Virus record (IMG/VR): IMGVR_UViG_2645727669_000007
Source of the DNA: a virus
Taxonomy: Duplodnaviria; Heunggongvirae; Uroviricota; Caudoviricetes
Length of the DNA stretch: 21,267 bases
Strand: one strand, 5' to 3'
The position numbers and the translations under genes are program-made. Of this stretch, positions 1 through 7,158 are shown one piece after another. Numbering within the stretch: the first letter of the stretch is position 1; every line of letters starts with the position of its first letter. Below the pieces are notes generated by a model. That model made no database searches. It was not told where the DNA came from and was given only the letters and a program-made list of their open reading frames with translations.

Positions 1-95
1 GGGGAGGAAGGAAACTACCGGATGGAAAGAGTCCCCCTAAAGCAGACTGACAGACATCACAAATCCCCGGGTGGGGATTTGTGTATAAGAGACAG
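1..95 (-). mobile_element. Terminus of an IS50-like (IS4-family) insertion sequence; 19-bp terminal inverted repeat at 77..95, element body lies left of the window
   Basis: Minus strand of 77..95 reads CTGTCTCTTATACACAAAT, which matches the IS50 outside end (CTGACTCTTATACACAAGT) at 17 of 19 positions as I recall it. The adjacent integrase reading frame loses homology exactly at this point. Confidence 0.55.
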
Positions 96-1115
96 CCGAG
101 TGGCAGGGAATACAAAACTGATACCCTTAAAGCGTGGTAAAGCTTTTAACAAGGCAACAGCAGCATCAGACAGAGGAACTCGATGCTCCTTCGCTGCTTT
201 CATTCGGCTTGCAGGTATGGTCCACGTTTTACCTTCAAGATCGATCTCTGACCACTCGGCACCACGAATTTCACCTGAGCGTGCTGCGGTCAGTATGGCA
301 AACTCAAGCGCACGAGGAGAAACGCCGCTTCGTTCACGTAGTTCTTTCATAAAAGAGCCGATCTGGTTATAGGGAAGGGCCGCATGGTGTTTGGTGATCT
401 GAACTTTACTTGGCTGAGGCAACAGAGGTTTCAGCATACCTTTCCATGCGGCAGGATTATCACCTTCAAAGTATTCTTTGGCCTTGGCGTAATCGATCAC
501 TGTTTCAATACGTCCACGTAGACGACTGGCAGTTTCATTCTTGGTTAACCAGATAGGTTCCAGTATTGCCAGAAGATCGACTTTGGTGATTTCACTAACG
601 GCCTTTTTGCCAATGAAAGGGTAGGCATAGGTTTCCAGTGTGGAACGCCATTGCGCGAGATGTTTTTTGTTCTTCATCTCACTGTCTTTGACCTCCAGCA
701 CTTCTTCACAACATTCGGCAAAGGTCTTTTTCTTCCGGGCCAGTATTTCCTGCCGGGCTTTTTGTTCGTGTTTTTCTTGAAGGGGATTAATACCATTACG
801 GATTTGTTTACGTAGCTCACGCGCTTTGTCACGCGCTTCGGCTAAGGAGACTTCCGGGTAAGGGCCAAGCCCCATATTCAAACGTCTTGGAACTGTTCTA
901 CCGAGATTGTTGATTCGGGTTCCCATAGCCACGCAAAGAACCCATGCACGGGACTGATTTCGGATGCGAAGGTATAAACCATCCACATTACCAACCGCAT
1001 ACATGCCTTCGGATTTTAATCGTGATACGACGAGTCCTGATAGTTCCTTGGCCCTTTCAATGGCATTCGTCACACTTGATACAGAGTTGGCACATTCCTT
1101 GGTATTCTTTAACAT
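96..1115 (-). pseudogene. P4-like tyrosine integrase, 3'-truncated by IS insertion (catalytic His/Arg/Tyr region missing)
   Basis: ORF 57..1115 has integrase N-terminal and core motifs (GLYLRI, PEVSLAEARDKAREL, ILTAARSGEIRGAEW) and ends after FVFPATR. The last 12 codons (57..95) are encoded by the IS terminus. The intact paralog at 3215..4483 continues about 110 residues past the equivalent point. Confidence 0.7.
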
Positions 1116-1316
1116 TACTTTTTATCAACATCAGAATTTCGCATGTAGAAGGTAATCTAAGGTATTGAAATACTTATTGTTATTGTGATATATATAACAT
1201 ATGCAATGATAAGCGCATTTATAGTTTGCGGGTAATTTTTATCTTTTACTGATGGTGTTTATTATTAATGATCATTAATGTAATATATATTAAAATTATT
1301 TTTATGAGGTTCTATT

Positions 1317-2432
1317 ATGTCTGTTAATGATGCCAAAAAACTTGCGGATAAACTTTTCCCAATATTTGATGATGATGATATTTCTATCGTTGATATTCCC
1401 CCTGAGCAGCGTCGATTGCATACCGAGACTTACGATTTTTCAATATCAACACTCGTCGACTATTTGAAAAATGGTACTGTGTTTATTCCTGATTTTCAAA
1501 GGAAATATGTTTGGAGTAGAGGGCAGGCATCAAGATTAATTGAGTCTTTAATAATCCAGTGTCCTATCCCTGTTATTTATTTAAACCAAGAGAAAGATGA
1601 GAGTTTATCTGTTATTGATGGTAATCAACGGTTGACTTCAATTAAACTATTTATTGAGGATGGTTTTGAATTACAGGGATTGACAGCATATCCAGAATTG
1701 GAGGGGAATTCGTTTTCATCACTGGACGCGAGATTCCGTAGGCATATTTTAAATCGCACATTGAGATGCATAACCATATTAAAAGAAACTCACCCTCAAA
1801 TTAAAATTGATGTTTTTGAAAGAATAAATACAGGTGCAGTACAATTAAATCCTCAGGAGGTACGTCATGGAGTTTATCATGGTCCATTATTTACTATGAT
1901 TGACGAAATAAGTGAGGAGAAAGTATGGAGAGACTTAACAGGAATTAAAAATGACACACGAATGAAGAATAATGAACTCATATTGAGAGCATTCGCACTT
2001 TCATATTCTGTGACACCATATAAAAAACCATTAAAGAAATTCCTTAATGATTTTAGTTCTGAAAAACAAAATATTGAACCTGATGTTGCCTTGGAGTGGC
2101 GTAGTAGATTTCTTGGTGCATTAAACTGTATTAATAAATTGTTTGGTAAAAAAGCATTTAGAATTCTAAATGAAAACTTAGAGCCTCAAGTAAGAAATTT
2201 CAATTCTGCTTTATTTGATGCTCTAATTGTCGGGTTTATGGTATCAAAATTTAATCAGGATATGATAAACGAACTTGATGCAACAAAACTTAAGGATTTC
2301 TTAATAGAGTTTCAAAGAATAACATCAGAGGAGCGTTTTAATGAGTCGATTACTTCTGGCACTTCGGCGACGCAATCGGTTCATTATCGTATTAGCACAA
2401 TGAAAAATTTCATTGAACGGTATTTCAACTGA
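1317..2432 (+). CDS. DUF262 (ParB/Srx-like, GmrSD N-terminal-type) domain protein with no fused DUF1524/HNH nuclease
   Basis: 371-aa ORF. GAGG sits 8 nt upstream of the ATG. N-terminal motifs DFQRKYVWS and IDGNQRLTS (DGQQR-like) are characteristic of DUF262. The C-terminal half looks helical with no His-Me finger visible by eye. The region is AT-rich relative to flanking DNA. Confidence 0.75.
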   Translation: MSVNDAKKLADKLFPIFDDDDISIVDIPPEQRRLHTETYDFSISTLVDYLKNGTVFIPDFQRKYVWSRGQASRLIESLIIQCPIPVIYLNQEKDESLSVIDGNQRLTSIKLFIEDGFELQGLTAYPELEGNSFSSLDARFRRHILNRTLRCITILKETHPQIKIDVFERINTGAVQLNPQEVRHGVYHGPLFTMIDEISEEKVWRDLTGIKNDTRMKNNELILRAFALSYSVTPYKKPLKKFLNDFSSEKQNIEPDVALEWRSRFLGALNCINKLFGKKAFRILNENLEPQVRNFNSALFDALIVGFMVSKFNQDMINELDATKLKDFLIEFQRITSEERFNESITSGTSATQSVHYRISTMKNFIERYFN

Positions 2433-3148
2433 TGGCATATATTAAAAGCGCATCTAGAAAACAATTCGAGCAGATTCATTCCAATTTGCTTGAACAGGTT
2501 CGTTATGTTTCAAAAATAAAAGAATTAAGAACAGATATTATACATAGTGTTTATAATAACGCGATATTTCGAGTTTCTGCTGCATTCGAAGATTATATTA
2601 AAGATGTTTTGGAAGATTGGATTGACATGCTGAACCAAAATAACGGATGCCTTTCGCATCTACCTGATGAAATTATCTTGTTTTCTTTATTCAAAAACCA
2701 AGAGAAAAATTTTATAAATTACGTTTCTCATGGTTCTGAGTCAATAATGATGAGTGACTTAAATAAGTGTAAGGATAAACTTCAGGCGTTATCGTCACCT
2801 AATTCTCCTGTAAAGCCTGTTATTGTCCCAAAACAGCTGATAATGGATAAAAAATATCCTTCCAAAAAAAATATCAAACTTCTTTTTAATAGATTTGGTA
2901 TCAAAGATATATTAAAAGCAATGACTGCGAAAGGTAAAAAAGATTATGAGTTCATGCTCCAGTCTTTCTCTGATAGCCGCACGGAGTTAGCCCATTCATA
3001 TTCTTCAATTAATCTTTCAAAAGATACTGTTATTGATAAGCTAAATAATGTTAAAGAAATTGTTAGGATTATGGATAGGATATTATATTCACATGTCTGT
3101 GATAAAAGTGGTAGTGAATACTGGAAAACAGAACTGTTAGCGATTTAG
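2432..3148 (+). CDS. Partner protein of the DUF262 gene; candidate HEPN-like effector (Rx4HxY motif)
   Basis: 238-aa ORF whose ATG overlaps the upstream stop (TGATG), indicating translational coupling. Contains SRTELAHSY (R-x4-H followed by Y) in the C-terminal third. No other family recognised by eye. Confidence 0.55.
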   Translation: MAYIKSASRKQFEQIHSNLLEQVRYVSKIKELRTDIIHSVYNNAIFRVSAAFEDYIKDVLEDWIDMLNQNNGCLSHLPDEIILFSLFKNQEKNFINYVSHGSESIMMSDLNKCKDKLQALSSPNSPVKPVIVPKQLIMDKKYPSKKNIKLLFNRFGIKDILKAMTAKGKKDYEFMLQSFSDSRTELAHSYSSINLSKDTVIDKLNNVKEIVRIMDRILYSHVCDKSGSEYWKTELLAI

Positions 3149-3155
3149 TATTAAT

Positions 3156-3176
3156 GCGGCTAATATCTTTAGCCGC
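3156..3176. terminator. Hairpin between convergent genes (possible bidirectional terminator)
   Basis: GCGGCTA / TAGCCGC 7-bp stem with a 7-nt loop, lying between the stop of 2432..3148 (+) and the stop of the integrase (-). No strong T-run follows. Confidence 0.3.
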
Positions 3177-3214
3177 ATTGAAGTTGAAGCAACCTTTGAC
3201 CACCATGTTTACTT

Positions 3215-4483
3215 TTATTGAGCAAACTCAAACGGCCTGACCATCCCATCCCGATTTGCATCAAGATAATCTGCCCACCACTGTAACATCAATCTTCTCT
3301 GTTCAAGATGTTTGGCCTTATGGGTATAGGCAGCACGCACACTGTTGCTTTCCTTGTGGCTCATCTGAAGTTCTACCGCATCTTTAGACCATAGCCCTGA
3401 TTCAATCAGAGCACTACATGCCAGTGTTCGGAAACCATGACCGCAGATGTCCTGCGTGGTGTCATAGCCCATCTTACGCAGCGCCTTGTTGATGGTGTTT
3501 TCACTCATGGGTTTGAATGAGTCATAACATCCAGTAAAAATTAATCCGGCGTCATTACCTTCTTCATAGGTAAGCTGACGGATCTCTTTCAGTATCTTAA
3601 GAGCCTGCCTGCAAAGGGGAACAAAGTGCTGGCGTTTCATTTTTGCGCCACGCGTGGAATATTTGACGCGCTCAATCACTTCACGCTTTTCTGGTATCAC
3701 CCATAACTTACTGTTGAAGTCGATTTCTGACCATCGTGCATAGCGGAGTTCACTGGAACGAATGAAAATCAACAGATTGAGTTTAATCGCCAGTGTGGTA
3801 AGTCCACGGCCTTTGTAGGCATCAATACGTTCAAGTAGCAGGGGGATCTCTTCCAGCTCCAGTGCGGGACGGTGCTCAGTCTCTGGTTTCTGCACAGCAC
3901 CTTCCATATCGTAAGCAGGATTATGGCGCATAAGTTTTTGCTGGACGGCGTGACGCAGGATGGCAGTGATGTATTGCTTGATCCGCATGGCAATTTCAAG
4001 ATAGCCAAGCGTTTCTGCTTTTTTTACCGGAACAAGCAGATCACCCGTATCCAGATCTGAAACGTTGCTGTCACCAATATCCGGGAATACATAGGTCTCA
4101 AGGCGCTTCCATACCGTATCGGCGTAATCTTCAGACCATTTTGTTTTGGTGGCAAACCAGCTTCTGGCGACGACACGGAACGAACGGGTTTTATCCCGCT
4201 TTTCCTGCAGAGTTTTTTCATCAGCCTGTTTTTTAGCGTTAGGATCGATTCCCTGAGCAAGCAGCTTTTTTGCTTCATCACGTCGTTGTCTGGCATCAGC
4301 AAGAGAAACCGCAGGGTAAACACCAATGGAAAACACTTTCTGTTTACCATCGAAGCGATAGCCTAACTGCCAGTATTTTGAACCATTGGGATGCAAAAGA
4401 AGGTAGAGACCAAATCCATCAGTGAGCTTGACGGCTTTTTCCGCTGGTCTGGCATTTTTTACTTTAGTATCAGTAAGTGACAT
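3215..4483 (-). CDS. P4-like tyrosine integrase (intact), tRNA-Asn associated
   Basis: Start MSLTDTKVKNARP is preceded by GGAGGG. Motifs GFGLYLLLHPNGSKYW, YPAVSLADARQRRDEAKK, HGFRTLACSALIESG and RAAYTHKAKHLEQRRLMLQWWADYLD are present. The ORF-track start at 4549 adds an unlikely 22-aa extension. The gene lies immediately downstream of the tRNA-Asn 3' end. Confidence 0.85.
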   Translation of the reverse strand: MSLTDTKVKNARPAEKAVKLTDGFGLYLLLHPNGSKYWQLGYRFDGKQKVFSIGVYPAVSLADARQRRDEAKKLLAQGIDPNAKKQADEKTLQEKRDKTRSFRVVARSWFATKTKWSEDYADTVWKRLETYVFPDIGDSNVSDLDTGDLLVPVKKAETLGYLEIAMRIKQYITAILRHAVQQKLMRHNPAYDMEGAVQKPETEHRPALELEEIPLLLERIDAYKGRGLTTLAIKLNLLIFIRSSELRYARWSEIDFNSKLWVIPEKREVIERVKYSTRGAKMKRQHFVPLCRQALKILKEIRQLTYEEGNDAGLIFTGCYDSFKPMSENTINKALRKMGYDTTQDICGHGFRTLACSALIESGLWSKDAVELQMSHKESNSVRAAYTHKAKHLEQRRLMLQWWADYLDANRDGMVRPFEFAQ

Positions 4484-4623
4484 GACGGTTCCCTCCGCGT
4501 GCTGGTAAAACGCAAATCGAACCAGCTTTACCAGCATTTTTACCAGCAAAGTAGTGTGGATTCGAGCGGTTTTTAACGAACGAGGGTGAACCTGAAGAAG
4601 GGGATAACCAGTTGATATAAATG

Positions 4624-4650
4624 CAGAAAACAGACGTCAGTGAACGTCTG
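4624..4650 (-). terminator. Rho-independent terminator downstream of tRNA-Asn
   Basis: Hairpin CAGACGT-cagtga-ACGTCTG (4631..4650) is followed on the minus strand by a TTTTCT run, and sits directly 3' of the tRNA. Confidence 0.6.
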
Positions 4651-4662
4651 CTTTCTTTAAAT

Positions 4663-4738
4663 TGGCTCCTCTGACTGGACTCGAACCAGTGACATACGGA
4701 TTAACAGTCCGCCGTTCTACCGACTGAACTACAGAGGA
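4663..4738 (-). tRNA. asnT: tRNA-Asn (anticodon GTT)
   Basis: Reverse complement reads TCCTCTGTAGTTCAGTCGGTAGAACGGCGGACTGTTAATCCGTATGTCACTGGTTCGAGTCCAGTCAGAGGAGCCA, a 76-nt cloverleaf with a CTGTTAA anticodon loop that matches E. coli tRNA-Asn as I recall it. The asnT assignment rests on the neighbouring mtfA and serU genes. Confidence 0.9.
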
Positions 4739-4838
4739 ATCGTGTGAACGGGGCGCATATTACTTAGCGGTACCTTGTCTGTCAACACTAAATTTCATAA
4801 GCCATTTCAATTGGTTAATTAATCTGCAAAGTTGTTAA

Positions 4839-5636
4839 TTAATGAACATTCGTCGCCGAAAACGAGTCTGTATTATTAGTGCGATGCAGTCTCTGCAAAG
4901 GATCTTGTTGATAAAATTGGCAGAAACGTTGCCACAATGAAGGGAAACGAGGAGCAAAAAGTTCTGGGGCGCTAAAGAAATATTCAGAAAGTACGGCAAA
5001 ACATTCAGCAGGATCACTGGCAGCATAAGCATCAATGCTCGCCGCATTCTCGCCAACCAATTCGATTTCTTCCTGAATGTTGTTCATTGCAGCATGAAGA
5101 TCGTGTTCCCAGCCAGCAACCTCACGCAACGGAATAAAGGGAACTCCGCTGGCGCGATCGCCGTTACGGGTGTCCAGCTTATGAGCGACTTCATGAATAA
5201 TCAGGTTAAAACCAGAAGCATCAAAAGAATCTTGTATATCCAACCAGTTCAAAACGATAGGCCCTTGCTGCCAGCTCTGACCTGACTGAACAATACGTTG
5301 GTTATGCACCAGACCGACATCGTCTTCCCATTCATCATCGACCACAAATGGCGCAGGATAAATTAAGACTTCATGAAAACCATCCAGCCATTCCAGTCCT
5401 AACTCCAGAACGGGCAGGCAAAATAGAAGTGCTATCCGGCAGCTTCTTAATGAATTCAGCTCAAAGCCCTGTAAAGGAACAAGCCGTTTTTGTTGTAAAA
5501 AACGTTCGGCAAGAGCGACTAATTTGCTTTGTTCCTGTTCTGTCAGACACGTTAAAAGGGGGATCGATAGTGCTTCCTGCCAGGGAAGGGCAGTTTGATG
5601 TGCTGATTCTTGTACTTTCCAGGGCCACTTAATCAT
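4839..5636 (-). CDS. mtfA: MtfA (Mlc titration factor A), zinc-dependent peptidase
   Basis: Protein begins [23 protein letters not shown] and carries the HEVAHK zinc motif. It matches E. coli MtfA/YeeI from memory. The ORF-track start at 5675 is an upstream in-frame extension. Confidence 0.9.
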   Translation of the reverse strand: MIKWPWKVQESAHQTALPWQEALSIPLLTCLTEQEQSKLVALAERFLQQKRLVPLQGFELNSLRSCRIALLFCLPVLELGLEWLDGFHEVLIYPAPFVVDDEWEDDVGLVHNQRIVQSGQSWQQGPIVLNWLDIQDSFDASGFNLIIHEVAHKLDTRNGDRASGVPFIPLREVAGWEHDLHAAMNNIQEEIELVGENAASIDAYAASDPAECFAVLSEYFFSAPELFAPRFPSLWQRFCQFYQQDPLQRLHRTNNTDSFSATNVH

Positions 5637-5729
5637 CGTTTTGCTCGCAAACTCGTCACTTGAACAAAATTGCACGGACAGGGACTGTTAAAATGCCAAA
5701 TTTCCTGGCATCATGGCAACCATCTGAAC

Positions 5730-5819
5730 GGAGAGATGCCGGAGCGGCTGAACGGACCGGTCTCGAAAACCGGAGTGGGGGCAACTCCACCGGGGGTTCA
5801 AATCCCCCTCTCTCCGCCA
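5730..5819 (+). tRNA. serU: tRNA-Ser (anticodon CGA)
   Basis: 90-nt sequence GGAGAGATGCCGGAGCGGCTGAACGGACCGGTCTCGAAAACCGG...GGGGGTTCAAATCCCCCTCTCTCCGCCA with a long variable arm and terminal CCA. Anticodon loop is CTCGAAA. Confidence 0.9.
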
Positions 5820-5871
5820 AAATTCAATCACTTACACATCATTAAGTCAGTGACAAAAATCACACTTGGAA

Positions 5872-6897
5872 TTACTTGGAATATTTTCTTGGAATATTTT
5901 CAGGTAACGGGACATCAAGTGTTGGTGAAACTTTAACCTTCCTGTCATAGATTAGCACTTGCCCTTCGGTTTTGTGACCAGAGAAAAGTTGCTTATCCCG
6001 GCTGCTTCCTTCATAGTCTGAAATTCCTTTCGCCTTCAGATCATGAAAGGTGAAGTCGGTTAAAATACCTGAAATTTTTCCAGCACGATTTCTTGCTTCT
6101 ACCCACATTTCGTTAAAGCCTTTGTACATATATCGGTTGCCGTATTGATTGCTGATCACATAGGCAGATTTTGGTAACTGTTTTGCTTTTTCGATCGCTG
6201 CCTGTAATCGTGGACTCCATGCTTTTATCTGTTTTTTTCCGGTTTTCCCTTGCTGGATGAATATCCCGTCGTTTCCAATCTGTTCCCATTTCAGCGATAA
6301 CACATCGGAAACCCTCGCTGCACACAGATAGGCAATTTCCATTGCGATAAAAACAGGAAGAGGTGCAACGCTTAATACTGCCTGGTATTCTTTGTCGGTT
6401 ACATATCGTTCGCGGTTTTTGGCCTTGAATTTACTTACACCTGCACATGGGTTAGCCTTGACGTACCCTCGCTCATACCCCCAACTGTAAACACGGGACA
6501 TACTGCTTTTTTCATGGTTGGCTTGCGTTTTACTCTGCTCCCCTCTTTTGTCCATGTATCGACGGATGTGTTCTGGTTTTATGGAATCCGCTGGTACCTT
6601 ACCGAATACGGCAAGCAACTTTTTTTGATGTTGCAGATAATCTTTTTGTGTTCTTGGACTAAGGTCACTGTAATAGGCGCTGGCGAGGAATTTTTCCCAC
6701 AAGCGACCGAATGTCATTGCACGATCGCGATTATTTACAGTTTCCTCATACTTTTTCCATAAAGCAGCTAAACCATCCTTGATGGCGGTTAGTGTGACAG
6801 ATTCTCTGGATGTTGGTTTCCATACATAACTATATTTATTTGGGTATACATTTGGAGGTAATTTTTCGTGTTCAGGATTTTTCCTTCGTCTTCCCAT
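5872..6897 (-). CDS. int: Prophage tyrosine integrase (lambdoid), tRNA-Ser site
   Basis: 341-aa ORF directly downstream of the serU 3' end. Overlaps an excisionase-like ORF by 1 nt. A catalytic-domain-like region (AYLCAARVSDVLSLKWEQI ... HDLKAKG) is present. Confidence 0.8.
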   Translation of the reverse strand: MGRRRKNPEHEKLPPNVYPNKYSYVWKPTSRESVTLTAIKDGLAALWKKYEETVNNRDRAMTFGRLWEKFLASAYYSDLSPRTQKDYLQHQKKLLAVFGKVPADSIKPEHIRRYMDKRGEQSKTQANHEKSSMSRVYSWGYERGYVKANPCAGVSKFKAKNRERYVTDKEYQAVLSVAPLPVFIAMEIAYLCAARVSDVLSLKWEQIGNDGIFIQQGKTGKKQIKAWSPRLQAAIEKAKQLPKSAYVISNQYGNRYMYKGFNEMWVEARNRAGKISGILTDFTFHDLKAKGISDYEGSSRDKQLFSGHKTEGQVLIYDRKVKVSPTLDVPLPENIPRKYSK

Positions 6898-7100
6898 CAG
6901 ATCGCACCAAAATTCGGCTCTACCTCGCGTGGTGGTAAAGTTTTATTGCAGGTAAATAGATCCCGGCTGACAATCGGTTTGCCACTACGATTGGTATAGA
7001 ACGGAAGCCCGTTTTCCATTAACCATTTTCGCTGGTGGCTTGCATATTTGCAGCCCGTTAATATTAGCAATTCATCTTCGGTTAAAAATAAGCTGCTCAT
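6897..7100 (-). CDS. xis: Excisionase-like small DNA-binding protein
   Basis: 67-aa ORF immediately upstream of int with a 1-nt overlap. Position and size are typical of xis. Family assignment is by position and weak resemblance only. Confidence 0.5.
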   Translation of the reverse strand: MSSLFLTEDELLILTGCKYASHQRKWLMENGLPFYTNRSGKPIVSRDLFTCNKTLPPREVEPNFGAI

Positions 7101-7117
7101 AGCTATATCTCATAACC

Positions 7118-7143
7118 GCCGCTAACTATATACGGTTAGCGGC
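7118..7143. other. Strong hairpin between the recE-like gene and xis
   Basis: GCCGCTAAC / GTTAGCGGC 9-bp perfect stem with an 8-nt loop in the 58-bp intergenic gap. Confidence 0.3.
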
Positions 7144-7158
7144 AATTAGGGTTGAACA

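Noticed and set aside
77-95. Possibility that the ME-like sequence is a Tn5/Nextera library adapter artefact
   Set aside because: The 19-mer matches the natural IS50 outside end better than the synthetic mosaic end. No adapter-specific flanking sequence is present. The opposite window edge carries a natural inside end with a transposase coding tail.
22-372. Plus-strand ORFs 22..372 and 134..352
   Set aside because: They lie antisense to the integrase remnant and span the IS junction, with no ribosome-binding site. Most likely shadow ORFs.
3215-4549. Long integrase start (MLVKMLVKLVRF...) given by the ORF track
   Set aside because: The internal ATG at 4483 has a GGAGGG ribosome-binding site and begins the conserved MSLTD integrase N-terminus, so the 22-aa extension is unlikely to be translated.
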